Positions 1-11,168 of a DNA stretch of 64,000 nucleotides are shown piece after piece (position 1 is the first letter of the stretch; each line of letters opens with the position of its first letter). The translations under genes and the position numbers were made by a program. The DNA lies in IMG/VR virus record IMGVR_UViG_3300048591_000242, positions 32,001 through 96,000 of that record. One strand, written 5' to 3'. A model generated the notes under the pieces. It ran no database searches. It was not told the origin of the DNA and saw only the letters and a list, made by a program, of their open reading frames with translations. Source of the DNA: a virus. Taxonomy: Duplodnaviria > Caudoviricetes.

Positions 1-267
1 CTTATCTACTACTGGAAAGGTATAGGTTACCAGAGTTGGCTCTTCAGTACGCGTAGGCTGACCGTGTTTCTGTGTTTTAGTAAGGTTAGGCTTAACCTCT
101 ACTACTGGCTTAATGTCAATAGTAGCGATTTGTACCGCAGAGGTTAAACGCGGTGGTACCAGATTCATGTTTCCGCCTTGTCTGGCTACTACGTCACGTA
201 CAATCTTAGGATCAAATTCCATTGGCCCAGCAATCTTATTACCGTTACGGAAAATTTCGCATTTCAT
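1..267 (-). CDS. DUF4376-like tail-fibre-associated protein, third paralogue (5' part only; runs off window edge; not in ORF track)
   Basis: Manual translation from ATG at 267 (RBS AAGGA upstream): MKCEIFRNGNKIAGPMEFDPKIVRDVV...IKPVVEVKPNL..., clearly paralogous to 10482-11168 and 11233-11925; open to position 1. Confidence 0.85.
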   Translation of the reverse strand, partial: MKCEIFRNGNKIAGPMEFDPKIVRDVVARQGGNMNLVPPRLTSAVQIATIDIKPVVEVKPNLTKTQKHGQPTRTEEPTLVTYTFPVVDK

Positions 268-360
268 TGTTATATCCTTTCTGATATTTTTAATTAAGAA
301 TACGCCACTAAATAGAACGTGGCGTTATGTACACAAGTTTACTATACAATTTCGATACAA

Positions 361-2022
361 CTACTGGTAAAGGTAGGCCATTGCACTTACAGTTGTAGAT
401 TCCGGTGTAGCTGTGTACTTGCCAGCTACCAGAACACTATTACCATCTCCAGAGATAGCTACTTCTCTACCATAGAAATCTCCAGATACACCATCGGAAG
501 CAAGTAGTTTAGTCTCTATCCAACTAGAACCATCTCTATCGTAGACATAAGCCGAACCTCTGGCTGATCCACCTGATCCATAGGCACCGACCAAAATACG
601 ATTGCCATTAGCGGATATAGCTACATCATGGCCAAAGAAGTCGTTGTTAACGAAATCGGATTGAGTTAGTTTTGTAACACCCCAGATACTGCCATTCCAT
701 TCGTATATATAGATGGCACCACGGTTAGTGTTTTGTCTTGGCGTACCTACTACTACAACTAGTCCATCAGCAGACATAGCCACAGCAGTACCGAATTCGT
801 CACTGGTTACCCCATCCGTAGGAGTTATCTTGACGTAGTTCCAGTTATTCGTTACCCACGTATAGATAAATAGCGAGCCAGCATTATCGGCATACGTGCC
901 TACTGCGAAGCTATAGCCATCTTCTGATATGGCTACATCCCATCCGAAACGTACAGATGAGCTAGGTGAGGCTGGATATATCTTAGTTTGGACATAACTA
1001 CTACCATTCCAGATAAGCATATAAACAGCACCACTAGAAATACCGGCACCTAAATCTACAGGTGAACCTACTATAATTCTAGTGCCGTCTCCGTTTACCG
1101 CTACACTATGCCCAAAGTTGGCATTAGTACGGGTGTATATTGCAAGGATTTTAGTAGCATCCCAACTAGTGCCATTCCATTTGAATACGTGTATGGCACC
1201 CTCACTGGATTGTGTGCCACCCAGGTCATCTAGTGGTGAACCTACAACAATCGTATCCCCGTCTCCAGAAACAGATACTGCTGTGCCGAATCTATCACCA
1301 GACACCTCCTGCGTACTCTGCAGTGTAGTTTCTGCCCAACTACTACCATTCCATTTATAGATGTAAACCTGTCCGCGTGCATTATTCCACCCGCGCGCAC
1401 CTATTACTACAGTCAGTCCATCAGCAGATGTAGCCACAGACTCGCCGTTGTGTGCATTTAGACTATTGTCATAGGTAATGAATTTATATACTTCATTAGT
1501 AGGTGCACCTTGACTGACAGTAAAGCTAATAGCTGGTCCCCATCCAGATTCTAAACCAGAGCTTCCTTTATACTTAGCTCTAGCGTAGTATGTAGTATCC
1601 GGTGCCAGAAACGTATCTGTAGTAGATAAATCTATACTGGTTAAGTTTACATCGTCGTGATATGAATCAAACGCTACATTACTGAAATTAATATCTGTAG
1701 CTATTTGCCACCTAGTGTGCGTATGGGTTTCCATATTGCCATCCGGAGTAATACCGATAAAGGCATTACTGGTTATTACTGGTCTAGTGCCCACATCTAC
1801 AGCGCCATTACTGGGGCTAAGTATGGAAGGTAACTTAATACCAGAAACTAACTCACTTTGGATAAGTTTACCACCTGGTGTTACGCCATCAGATATCCGT
1901 ATGCTCTCCATACCAGGACGTACATCGACTACCAATTCGTTGGGTCCACCTACATGGCTTTCTATGGAGTTACTATTAAACCGTTTCCACAGAAACGGAG
2001 CATTCATTACTTTCGTAGTCAT
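361..2022 (-). CDS. Putative fibre/adhesin: N-terminal anchor + Fn3-like domain + FG-GAP beta-propeller (553 aa)
   Basis: RIxDGVTPGG N-terminal motif, TRWQIATD...YYARAKY...SGW Fn3-like module, about 7 FG-GAP blades (FGxAVSVSGDG...VGxP...GAVYxY). Confidence 0.75.
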   Translation of the reverse strand: MTTKVMNAPFLWKRFNSNSIESHVGGPNELVVDVRPGMESIRISDGVTPGGKLIQSELVSGIKLPSILSPSNGAVDVGTRPVITSNAFIGITPDGNMETHTHTRWQIATDINFSNVAFDSYHDDVNLTSIDLSTTDTFLAPDTTYYARAKYKGSSGLESGWGPAISFTVSQGAPTNEVYKFITYDNSLNAHNGESVATSADGLTVVIGARGWNNARGQVYIYKWNGSSWAETTLQSTQEVSGDRFGTAVSVSGDGDTIVVGSPLDDLGGTQSSEGAIHVFKWNGTSWDATKILAIYTRTNANFGHSVAVNGDGTRIIVGSPVDLGAGISSGAVYMLIWNGSSYVQTKIYPASPSSSVRFGWDVAISEDGYSFAVGTYADNAGSLFIYTWVTNNWNYVKITPTDGVTSDEFGTAVAMSADGLVVVVGTPRQNTNRGAIYIYEWNGSIWGVTKLTQSDFVNNDFFGHDVAISANGNRILVGAYGSGGSARGSAYVYDRDGSSWIETKLLASDGVSGDFYGREVAISGDGNSVLVAGKYTATPESTTVSAMAYLYQ

Positions 2023-3716
2023 TATTTAGTGCTCCAAATTAAAGACTAATTAAAGATGTAGATATGTCCTTCGCCCACTGTACCCAGCTCACCGGCTAAT
2101 ACAGTGGCGCCATCACCTGAAATAGCCACAGATCCAATATAACCAGAATCTACTGCGCCGTATATATCAGGAACTGTCTCATACCAGACACCTTCATCCA
2201 AGGTATATAGATACAGTGCACCACCGTTGTTGATGTGTATGTCTGATCCTCTCGCCGCTACCGCTATAATAGTGGCATCTGAAGACAACGATACAGAGTA
2301 ACCCAACACGTCATGCATGGTCATGTTAGACGTACTAAGTTTACTCTGACTCCAACTACCACTAGATGTCCAACTACCGCCCAGATACTTAATCACATAC
2401 ATTGCACCACTGTTGACTGCTGGTACGGTATGGCCATACGCACCGACTGCAATTACAGTACCGTCATATGAGATGGATATAGAGAAACCGAACCTGTGAC
2501 TACCGGCTCCATCCGAGGCAAAATGCTCTTTAAGCGTTGACCAGCTACTACCACTCCTTCTAGTAACGTATACGGATCCAGCAAAAGAATTTTTTCCGTA
2601 TGCTCCAAACGATGCAGTGTTGCCGTTACCTGAAATAGCCACAGACATACCGAATTGAGTATTTACGGAGTTTATGGGTCGTACTAGTAGAGGGGAGCTT
2701 GCGCCATCATACCAAGAGCCATTGGTCCATGTGTAGATACGGGCAGCTCCAGATGATGTAGCAAACGTATTGTCATAGGGTGATCCTACTATAAATACAG
2801 TGCCATCATAGTTCACCGATACGGATCTACCAAAACCACCACCTTTGCTACTTATCTTGGTCTCATCCCAACTAGTACCATTCCATTTGTATATGTATAC
2901 TAGTCCACCATAGTAACTATTGTTGCCCTCGGCACCTACGACTAATGTATTGCTATCCCCAGAAATGGAAACGGCCAGACCGAAAGCCCACCCAGTCGAT
3001 TCATCAGAAGCATTTATCTTAGTCTCTACCCAATTGTTACCAGATTTTCTGTAAACATAAACCGAGCCAACGCCACTGTTGTCTCCTCGCGCCCCTACTG
3101 CTATAACGGTACCATCAGAGTTGCTGGATACCGCATGGCCAAACTTATCTCCAGCTACTGCATCAGACGAAGTAAATCTATCGGTCTGTGTACCTAAACC
3201 CCCATTACCGGTCATAAACATACTAGTAGGGCCCCAACCTGATTCTAAACCTGAGGCTCCTTTATACTTCAATCTAACATAATAGTTAGTATTAGGAGTT
3301 AACAGAACACCCTCTAAACTAAGATCTATGCTGGTAAGATTAGTAGTCTCCATGTCAGAGTCAAACACGATGGTTGTAAAATTACTATTACTAGCAATCT
3401 GCCACCTTGTATGTGAGTGACTATCCGTATCCATGTTAGCATCTAGTCCTATAAATGCAGAACTATTAAGAATTGGCATTGTACCAATATCTACTGCCTC
3501 ATTAGTAGGGGACAGAAGAAAAGGTAAGTTAATACCTGAGACTAATTCGCTTAAAACTAAACTGCCTCCTGGAGTAACACCGTCACCGATGCGCATTCCC
3601 TCAAAACCAGGGCGCATATCAATCAATAACTCGTTAGCAGCTCCTACATAACTTTCTACTGAGTTATCTGTAAACCGTTTCCAAAGAAACGGAGCATTCA
3701 TTACTTTCGTAGTCAT
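1977..3716. repeat. 46-bp near-identical direct repeat pair (1977-2022 and 3671-3716; 1 mismatch) over the first 15 codons of two propeller genes
   Basis: TAAACCGTTTCCA(C/A)AGAAACGGAGCATTCATTACTTTCGTAGTCAT at both sites. Confidence 0.9.
2046..3716 (-). CDS. Putative fibre/adhesin: anchor + Fn3-like + FG-GAP beta-propeller (556 aa)
   Basis: Same architecture and identical first 15 residues (MTTKVMNAPFLWKRF) as 361-2022. Confidence 0.75.
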   Translation of the reverse strand: MTTKVMNAPFLWKRFTDNSVESYVGAANELLIDMRPGFEGMRIGDGVTPGGSLVLSELVSGINLPFLLSPTNEAVDIGTMPILNSSAFIGLDANMDTDSHSHTRWQIASNSNFTTIVFDSDMETTNLTSIDLSLEGVLLTPNTNYYVRLKYKGASGLESGWGPTSMFMTGNGGLGTQTDRFTSSDAVAGDKFGHAVSSNSDGTVIAVGARGDNSGVGSVYVYRKSGNNWVETKINASDESTGWAFGLAVSISGDSNTLVVGAEGNNSYYGGLVYIYKWNGTSWDETKISSKGGGFGRSVSVNYDGTVFIVGSPYDNTFATSSGAARIYTWTNGSWYDGASSPLLVRPINSVNTQFGMSVAISGNGNTASFGAYGKNSFAGSVYVTRRSGSSWSTLKEHFASDGAGSHRFGFSISISYDGTVIAVGAYGHTVPAVNSGAMYVIKYLGGSWTSSGSWSQSKLSTSNMTMHDVLGYSVSLSSDATIIAVAARGSDIHINNGGALYLYTLDEGVWYETVPDIYGAVDSGYIGSVAISGDGATVLAGELGTVGEGHIYIFN

Positions 3717-3804
3717 GAAAATATAACTCCTAAAAGAGTAATCATTTAAAAGAATTTGGGTATATAGTCGGTAGGAAAAACACTACGGACTATATTAAGA
3801 CATG

Positions 3805-6800
3805 TTAGTATACGGCGTATATATAAGCAGCACCACTGTCATTGCCGCCAGTATCATCATTACGGGCGCCTGAGATAATAGTACTACCGTCGTCAGACAT
3901 GGCTACAGAATAGCCATTTTGTATGTTTCCGACGTTCTCACTATCTGCATGCTGTGTTGTCATCCATACCCCATCCGCATATTTACATGAATAAACCAGA
4001 GATTTGCTAGTAATACCTATACTGTTACCTATGGTACCAGATACAATCCTGTCACCGGTGTCATTCATGTCTAAAGACCAGCCAAATTTATCCCCACCCT
4101 TTAAAGTATGCGGAATAATTAGCTCTTCTTCCCAGACAGATCCATTCCATCTATGAACAGTTGCTGACCCTACTTCAGCCCAATATCCAGAATATCTGTA
4201 CGGTGCACCGACAGTGATAATATCACCAGAGGCATTTACCGCCACAGAATGGCCATACTGGATGCTTGAGCCTATACCAGTATCTGACATAGATAACATC
4301 GTTTCTTCTATCCATACGGTACCGTTCCATTTAAACACATATACGGTGCCCATATTGCTGTTGTATCCAGGGCTACCCACCACGACTGTATTACCGTCGG
4401 TTGATATGCTTAGGGATTGGCCGAAACGATCGCCTGAAACTATACCCGTAGGAGTAGGTATTTCATGTTTTATCCAACTACCTCCAACTAATTTATACGT
4501 ATCAGCACCAAAATAATTGATACCGTTTGTATTTGATTTATCGGTAGATACAACAATCCTGTCACCGGCCCCATTAACGGCCAGTGACATACCAGTACTT
4601 GCGTTAACATGTACGGCTGGTACCGCTGTAGCGGTCTGTGTATAGCTAGTACCATTCCATTGATATAGAACTACTGTCTGACCTAACGTTGAGTTTGTAC
4701 TTACAAAAACTTTATTGCCAGTGGCATCTAGTTTTGCATTTACAGCAATAAGATTACCTAGATCTGAGGTAACAATATGTTCAGTCCAGTTACCTCCAGT
4801 TTTTCTATAGACGTAAACATCGCCTCTGTTGGTGGCCCTACTGTCCTTACCAGGAGCCAAAACAGAAACCACATCACCGTTGGCGGATACAGATACTATT
4901 TGACCGAATCCATCTACGGCCGCCGCATTGCTTGCGTACATAATGTCGCTTTGACCAAAAATATCTACTACTTGATCATTCTCCATTAATCTGTAAATAT
5001 AAACAGCACCCTTGTCAGTATTTCCACCCAGATCGTGTCCTGGTGCACCTATCGCAATCGTGGTGCCGTTACCAGAAACAGATATAGGGTTATGCTTTCC
5101 TACAAGAGTGGTTGATGTTCGTCCAAAATCATCCCTGAACGTTACTTCTGGCTGAACAATATCATGATTCAGCCAAACTGAGCCGTATTTCCTATACACC
5201 ACAACCGCAGATTCATTGGTGTTTATACCTCTATGCACAGCAATGGTTCTTCCGTCTCCAGAAATCGATAGCGGTACGCCATACTCGGTATTTCCTGGAC
5301 CGTATAGAACATCCTCTACCCAACTACTACCATTCCATGTTTTTACTACAACCGCACTGTTACCATTAGTAGTAACCCTTACACTGCCCACTATGATATT
5401 TCCGTCGTCTGACATATCTGAATATTGGCCATACTGACCACCTGTATCGGATATTGGTGAAGTAAGTTTAGATTCAATATATGAACCGCCAATATCACGG
5501 TCGTATATATAAATCGCTCCACCTGAACCAACAGTGCTACCAGGGGCACTTACACATATCCTTGTGTAATCTGAAGATATACTTACGCACTCTCCGTAGA
5601 AAGATACGGCAGAACCGTCAGACGCTGTTCTTTTAACAGGCGTTGACCATCCCAGGACATCCCGTGTAGCTATATAGATGGCGCCAGCAGAAGATCCCAA
5701 TGTGTCGTCTTCTGGAGCACCTATAACTAGTACAACTCCGTTATCTGAAATAGCCACAGATGAGCCAAAATAATCATTAGCTGTCGGGGCAGGCGGGTAT
5801 ATTGTCTCTGTTGACCAACTAGACCCTGTCCATTTATAGAAAACAACATGTCCGGCATTGTTTGCGCCAGTATCTCCGCCAGGATAACCAGCAACAACCA
5901 TATTTCCATCGCTAGTCATGTCCACCGCACTGTGTGCGTATACCCCGGAAGATATACCTCCTCCAGTTAGAGTAGTTCTAGTCCATCCAGTTGGGGTTCT
6001 TTTATATATATAAGAATTACCATTATTGTCACTAAAGGCTGTTACCAACATAGTGTTGCCGTCGTCGGATACACGAACAGAGGTACCTAGTTCTGACGCA
6101 AATATGTCTTCTGGTAGTAAAGTTAATTTATTTACTTGTGTATATGTAAAACTAACTAATGTGGTAAAGCTGCTAGCACTACTCCATGCAGACAATCCAG
6201 CTGTAGCTCCTTCATACATTACTCGTACAAAATGCTCCGTACCTTCAGCTAATGCAACCAACCCATCCAAATCGATTGTTTGTTTGTGAGTAGACTGTAA
6301 TCCACTATCATACACCAACTCAGTAAAGGTAGCATTTGTAGCAACTTGCCATCTACTTCTACTATGAGTATCAGCTCCATCCCCTACCGCAAACCCTATA
6401 AAAGCAGAGCCTGTGATTACTGGAGAGGTACCTACGTCAGTAGTACCTACTACCGGTGAAGTAATAGAAGGAGTATTTACCCCAATCTCATCAAACATAG
6501 TAAAGTTAATTACATCACTCCATGCCGAATCTCTACCAGTAATACCCTGATATTTAACTCTAACATAGTAGGTTTGTCCCTCTACCATGGTGTACTTACT
6601 AGCTAAATTAATACTAGTTAAGTCATTACCCTGCATGTTAGAATCGTAAACTATACCAGTGAATCCACTATTAGTAGAAACCTGCCACTGACTCTGTCCG
6701 TGTGAATCTGGCTCCATTCCTGAACCGAATCCCTCAAAGGCGTTAGCTACTACAGTAGGGTTAGCTGTTAAACCGGTGGCTCCATTAGCTGGAGCGGTAA

Positions 6801-9800
6801 TAACTGGTTTAGTTACACCTACAATAGTCTCAGTAGTGAAGTAACGAACCCCACTCCAATCTGACTCATTGCCAGTGGAGCCACGATACATTACTCGTAC
6901 ATAGTGGGTAGTATTTTCAGCTAAAACTACATTACCAGTTAAATCGTAGCTAGTTAAGTGATCTGACTGCCATCCACTGTCATGAACAACACCTACACCA
7001 GCCGCTCCAATCTCCCATCTAGATGCACTGTGTGTGTCTAATGCGTTACCTGGTAAATATCCTACAAACTGACTGGCAAACAATAAAGGACTAACTAGTA
7101 CGTTTGTTTGGTTTATAGTAGGTAAATTGATACCTGGTCTGTTAATACCCATAACGTCATGGATATTAAAGTTACTATTTGGACTCCATGCAGACTCACG
7201 TCCACTAGTACCACGATGTTTTACTCTTACATAGTAGGTCTGTCCTTCTACCGGAGTATACTTACCCGCTAAACTATAACTAGTTAAGTTAGCTGATTGC
7301 ATGCCACTGTCATGTACCATAGCTGTAAATGTCGCATTGGTGGACACCTGAACCTGTGTATGGCTATGGGTATCTGCCGCTCCTCCTGATAAAAATCCTT
7401 CAAATGCAGAAGTAGTAATTGTAGGATTAGTACCCACTGTGTTACCAGATGGTGGCGACGTTACAGTAGGTGTAGTTACACCCAGAATTACTTCAGTAGT
7501 AAAGCTAATGCTATTACTCCACTCAGAGATTACACCCTCAGTAGATCGGTACATTACACGAGCGTAGTGTACTACACCCTCCGCTAACGTAGTTACACCA
7601 CTTAAATTAATACTCGTTAAGTTAGTGTTTTGTAAACCACTATCAAAGGCCATTGTAGCAAAGGTATTACTTGTGCTAATCTGCCATCTAGTCTGTGAAT
7701 GTACCGCTGCTCCATCTCCTGACTTAAAGCCTACAAATGCAGAACTACTTAGGCTAGGACTTACCAGTACGTTAGTGCTGCCACTAGAAGGAGCTGTAAT
7801 AGAAGGTTTATTTACTCCAATTACATCAAACATACTGTAGCTTACTGGGTTACTCCAAGCAGATGTTCTGCCGCTTTCACCACGATACTGTACTCGTACG
7901 TAGTATGTTTGACCCTCTACTGAAGTGTACTTTCCTACCAAGTTGTAGCTAGTCTTATTAGCGGCCTGCACACCACTGTCATGGACAATGTTAGTAAAGC
8001 TTGAGTTAGTGGCTACCTGCCACTGAGTGGTGTAATGGGTATCCGGTGCCATACCAGACAAGAAACCCTCAAAGGCGCTGCTAGTTACTGTAGGATTAAC
8101 AGTAAGTGCAGTGGTGCCGTTAGAAGGACTAGTAATAGACGGCTTAGTAACGCCTAGAATTGTCTCTGTAGTAAAGCTAACGCCATTACTCCATGCAGAA
8201 GTCTGACCACTTACACCTTGATACATTACCCGTACATAGTAAGTGGCATTCTCTGATAGGGTAACTATGCCGTTTAAATTATAACTAGTTAAGTTACTGG
8301 CACTCATACCACTGTCATGGGTAATATTAGTAAAACCTGAGTTCGTGGCAATCTGCCATCTAGTTCTACTATGTACGTCATTGCCATCACCCACAGCAAA
8401 CCCTACAAAGATAGAGCTGGTTAATGTAGGACTAACTAGTACGTTGGTGCTGCTATTTGCAGGTGCTGTAATCGAAGGCTTGTTAATACCTACTACATCG
8501 CGCATAGTAAATGTATTTGATTTACTCCACGCTGACAATCTACCGCTAGTACCCTGATGCTTAACACGTACATACAGAGTTTCACCCTCTTCAGTAACAA
8601 ACTTACCTGCTAAACTATAGCTAGTTAAGTTAGTCGGTACCATTCCAGAATCATGTTTAATAGTGCCAAAGGTTGGACTGTTAGATACCTGCCACTGGCT
8701 AGACATGTGTGAATCTGGAGCCATACCAGATAAGAAGCCCTCAAATGCACTACTAGTCATAGTAGGCAATGTGGTTACATCTACAGCCCCACTGGCTGGA
8801 CTAGTAATAACTGGCTCAGTTACACCCAAGATAGTTTCAGTAGTGAAACTACGTACATCACTCCATACTGACTCTCTACCACATACACCCTGGTGTTTAA
8901 CTCGGATGTAATGCGTGGTATTTTCCGCCAGAGTAATTACACCACTTAAGTCATAGCTGGTAAGATTAGTGGCCTGTAAACCGGTGTCATGGACAGTACT
9001 GGTAAAGGCTGCATTAGTAGAAATCTGCCACTGGGTTTTACCATGTACATCAGCCGCCATACCAGATAAGAAGCCTTCAAAGGCTGTACTGGTAAGGGTA
9101 GGACTAACTAGTACATTAGTGCTACCACCAGTAGGTGCAGTAACAGAAGGTTTAGTAACCCCTAAAATAGTTTCAGTAACAAAGCTTACATAGGGAGACC
9201 ACTCAGACAGCACATTGTCGGTCCCGCGATACATTAATCGCGCATAGTAAGTAGTGTTTTCTGCCATAACAAACTTACCGCCTAGGTCGTATTCGGTAAG
9301 TTCAGCAGATTGCATACCGCTGTCATGGACAATGTTAGTAAAGCCTGGGGTAGTGGAGATCTGCCATCTACTACCAGTGTGAGTATGTGGTACCATACCC
9401 GACATATAGCCTTCAAATACAGAGCCTTGTAGTACAGCGGATACCATAACTGCAATATTACCGTTAGCTGGATAAACCATGCTGGGGGTAATAATGTTTA
9501 TGATAACTTCCATAGTAAAGCTAAGTACGTTACTCCACTGTGAAGTGCGCCCACTCGCACCTACATGCATTACTCGTACGTGATATGTAGCGCCTTCCTC
9601 AGTAACAAACTTACCGTTTAGGTTATACTCGGTAAGTGCACTAGCAGACAAACCACTATCATGTAAAATATTAGCAAAGTTAGCATCACTGGCTACCTGC
9701 CATCTACTAGCAGAGTGAGTGTCTAATGACATACCGGTTAGGTAACCTTCAAAGCCACTACTAGTTACTAAAGGCGGACGAATAACGTCTACTACACCAG

Positions 9801-10350
9801 TACTAGGTACATCCAGTGTAGGTGTGGTTACACCCAAAATAGTCTCTGTAGAGAATTCAGTTATTGGACTCCAACCAGAGGTTTCACCAGTAGAACCCTG
9901 ATACAGTACTCTTGCATAAAACGTATCGTTCTCTGCTAAAACGTGTTTACCCTCTAAGTCATAACTAGTAAGTTCTGTACCCTGTACACCGCTGTCGTGG
10001 ACTATGGTATTGAAGTTGCTATCTGATGCAATTTGCCATCTACTACCAGTATGGGTATCCGGACTAAGGTCTTGCTTGAAACCAATAAACATAGAAGAGC
10101 TAAGTAGCGGGCTTACTACTACATCTACAGTACCGTACACGGGTACGTCTATAGAAGGTGTTACTACTCCATAGAAAACATCTGTAGTAAGTGGATTACC
10201 ACTAGGGGTAACGCCATCACAGATTCTGATGCTCTCTACACCGGTACGTAAGTCCAGTATAGGTTCATTGGGTTCACCCACATAACTCTCAATAGAGTCA
10301 TCTGTGAATCGCTTCCACAGAAACGACTGGGTCATTATGTTTAAACTCAT
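3805..10350 (-). CDS. Giant fibre/adhesin: anchor + 12 Fn3-like repeats + two FG-GAP beta-propellers (2181 aa)
   Basis: LWKRF...DGVTP N-terminus; 12 repeats of about 112 aa (PxITxP...WQIxT...DSG...YxVRV...SxWS); C-terminal ~780 aa made of FG-GAP blades. Confidence 0.75.
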   Translation of the reverse strand: MSLNIMTQSFLWKRFTDDSIESYVGEPNEPILDLRTGVESIRICDGVTPSGNPLTTDVFYGVVTPSIDVPVYGTVDVVVSPLLSSSMFIGFKQDLSPDTHTGSRWQIASDSNFNTIVHDSGVQGTELTSYDLEGKHVLAENDTFYARVLYQGSTGETSGWSPITEFSTETILGVTTPTLDVPSTGVVDVIRPPLVTSSGFEGYLTGMSLDTHSASRWQVASDANFANILHDSGLSASALTEYNLNGKFVTEEGATYHVRVMHVGASGRTSQWSNVLSFTMEVIINIITPSMVYPANGNIAVMVSAVLQGSVFEGYMSGMVPHTHTGSRWQISTTPGFTNIVHDSGMQSAELTEYDLGGKFVMAENTTYYARLMYRGTDNVLSEWSPYVSFVTETILGVTKPSVTAPTGGSTNVLVSPTLTSTAFEGFLSGMAADVHGKTQWQISTNAAFTSTVHDTGLQATNLTSYDLSGVITLAENTTHYIRVKHQGVCGRESVWSDVRSFTTETILGVTEPVITSPASGAVDVTTLPTMTSSAFEGFLSGMAPDSHMSSQWQVSNSPTFGTIKHDSGMVPTNLTSYSLAGKFVTEEGETLYVRVKHQGTSGRLSAWSKSNTFTMRDVVGINKPSITAPANSSTNVLVSPTLTSSIFVGFAVGDGNDVHSRTRWQIATNSGFTNITHDSGMSASNLTSYNLNGIVTLSENATYYVRVMYQGVSGQTSAWSNGVSFTTETILGVTKPSITSPSNGTTALTVNPTVTSSAFEGFLSGMAPDTHYTTQWQVATNSSFTNIVHDSGVQAANKTSYNLVGKYTSVEGQTYYVRVQYRGESGRTSAWSNPVSYSMFDVIGVNKPSITAPSSGSTNVLVSPSLSSSAFVGFKSGDGAAVHSQTRWQISTSNTFATMAFDSGLQNTNLTSINLSGVTTLAEGVVHYARVMYRSTEGVISEWSNSISFTTEVILGVTTPTVTSPPSGNTVGTNPTITTSAFEGFLSGGAADTHSHTQVQVSTNATFTAMVHDSGMQSANLTSYSLAGKYTPVEGQTYYVRVKHRGTSGRESAWSPNSNFNIHDVMGINRPGINLPTINQTNVLVSPLLFASQFVGYLPGNALDTHSASRWEIGAAGVGVVHDSGWQSDHLTSYDLTGNVVLAENTTHYVRVMYRGSTGNESDWSGVRYFTTETIVGVTKPVITAPANGATGLTANPTVVANAFEGFGSGMEPDSHGQSQWQVSTNSGFTGIVYDSNMQGNDLTSINLASKYTMVEGQTYYVRVKYQGITGRDSAWSDVINFTMFDEIGVNTPSITSPVVGTTDVGTSPVITGSAFIGFAVGDGADTHSRSRWQVATNATFTELVYDSGLQSTHKQTIDLDGLVALAEGTEHFVRVMYEGATAGLSAWSSASSFTTLVSFTYTQVNKLTLLPEDIFASELGTSVRVSDDGNTMLVTAFSDNNGNSYIYKRTPTGWTRTTLTGGGISSGVYAHSAVDMTSDGNMVVAGYPGGDTGANNAGHVVFYKWTGSSWSTETIYPPAPTANDYFGSSVAISDNGVVLVIGAPEDDTLGSSAGAIYIATRDVLGWSTPVKRTASDGSAVSFYGECVSISSDYTRICVSAPGSTVGSGGAIYIYDRDIGGSYIESKLTSPISDTGGQYGQYSDMSDDGNIIVGSVRVTTNGNSAVVVKTWNGSSWVEDVLYGPGNTEYGVPLSISGDGRTIAVHRGINTNESAVVVYRKYGSVWLNHDIVQPEVTFRDDFGRTSTTLVGKHNPISVSGNGTTIAIGAPGHDLGGNTDKGAVYIYRLMENDQVVDIFGQSDIMYASNAAAVDGFGQIVSVSANGDVVSVLAPGKDSRATNRGDVYVYRKTGGNWTEHIVTSDLGNLIAVNAKLDATGNKVFVSTNSTLGQTVVLYQWNGTSYTQTATAVPAVHVNASTGMSLAVNGAGDRIVVSTDKSNTNGINYFGADTYKLVGGSWIKHEIPTPTGIVSGDRFGQSLSISTDGNTVVVGSPGYNSNMGTVYVFKWNGTVWIEETMLSMSDTGIGSSIQYGHSVAVNASGDIITVGAPYRYSGYWAEVGSATVHRWNGSVWEEELIIPHTLKGGDKFGWSLDMNDTGDRIVSGTIGNSIGITSKSLVYSCKYADGVWMTTQHADSENVGNIQNGYSVAMSDDGSTIISGARNDDTGGNDSGAAYIYAVY
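6160..10170 (-). repeat. 12 tandem Fn3-like repeats (~335 bp / ~112 aa each)
   Basis: Counted in the translation, from GVVTPSIDVP to SAWSSASSFTT; boundaries approximate. Confidence 0.8.
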
Positions 10351-10439
10351 TTGGTATAACTCCTAAAGAATTATTATTTGTTATGTAAGCTACAAGACCG
10401 GTTTATTGTAATATAGCTACAGAGTTGACATAAAGCTTG

Positions 10440-10469
10440 TATAGGCTGTAACTTAAGTTACAGCCTATA
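10440..10469. other. Perfect 30-bp palindrome (TATAGGCTGTAACTTAAGTTACAGCCTATA) just downstream of the 228-aa gene; terminator/processing hairpin candidate
   Basis: Self-complementary sequence read directly in the intergenic region. Confidence 0.55.
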
Positions 10470-10481
10470 TAGCCGGTATAC

Positions 10482-11168
10482 CTAGAGGGATTCTACTAAC
10501 TCCTTAAACTTAACATAAGGACTAAACAAAGAGGCGTTTGCTTCAGTCAACTGAGCAACCATATCTTCTACGGCAGAACGTGCAGCAAAGCCTTTACTTA
10601 AATGATCAGCAATGGCGTTGTATAGCCCAGTCATTTCTTCTACGCTAGTAACAGGAATACTAGCCGGAGGAGTCTTCTCCTCTAATCCCATTACACTGTT
10701 AGTAGGCGGTAGCTCTCTGCCTCTCCAGTTTACGTTAGTAACTGCACCACTGTTAAAGAGATCCAGTGTAGCCTTAGCGTTTACTCGCGCTTCGATATCG
10801 GAAGCTATTACTACCCCACGGTGTATTAAACCGTTGCGCTCGTGTGCGTTGTGCAGTTCGGATAACCGACGTAGGTGCTCAATGCGAATCTCATCCAATG
10901 TCTTGTTACCTACAATGTAGTCATGGATAATCTCACCTGCGGACTCACGGCTATTAAAACCTACATACTTCTGACCTACCGTAAGATTAGGTTTAACCTC
11001 ACGTACTGGCTTAATGGTAAAGGTAGCTACAGAAAACATACGCGTAAGTGTTTTAGGAGTACTGGCATTATTACAGCCATGTCTTCCTAAGAAGTCCTTT
11101 ACTACCTGAGCATTATAAACCACAGGACCCATTACTTTATTACCATTACGGAATATTTCACATTTCAT
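10482..11168 (-). CDS. DUF4376-like tail-fibre-associated/chaperone protein (228 aa)
   Basis: C-half pattern (ERNG..H.G..IASD.EAR...V.WRG...EEM..LY.AI..H....F) resembles DUF4376; lies among fibre genes. Confidence 0.55.
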   Translation of the reverse strand: MKCEIFRNGNKVMGPVVYNAQVVKDFLGRHGCNNASTPKTLTRMFSVATFTIKPVREVKPNLTVGQKYVGFNSRESAGEIIHDYIVGNKTLDEIRIEHLRRLSELHNAHERNGLIHRGVVIASDIEARVNAKATLDLFNSGAVTNVNWRGRELPPTNSVMGLEEKTPPASIPVTSVEEMTGLYNAIADHLSKGFAARSAVEDMVAQLTEANASLFSPYVKFKELVESL

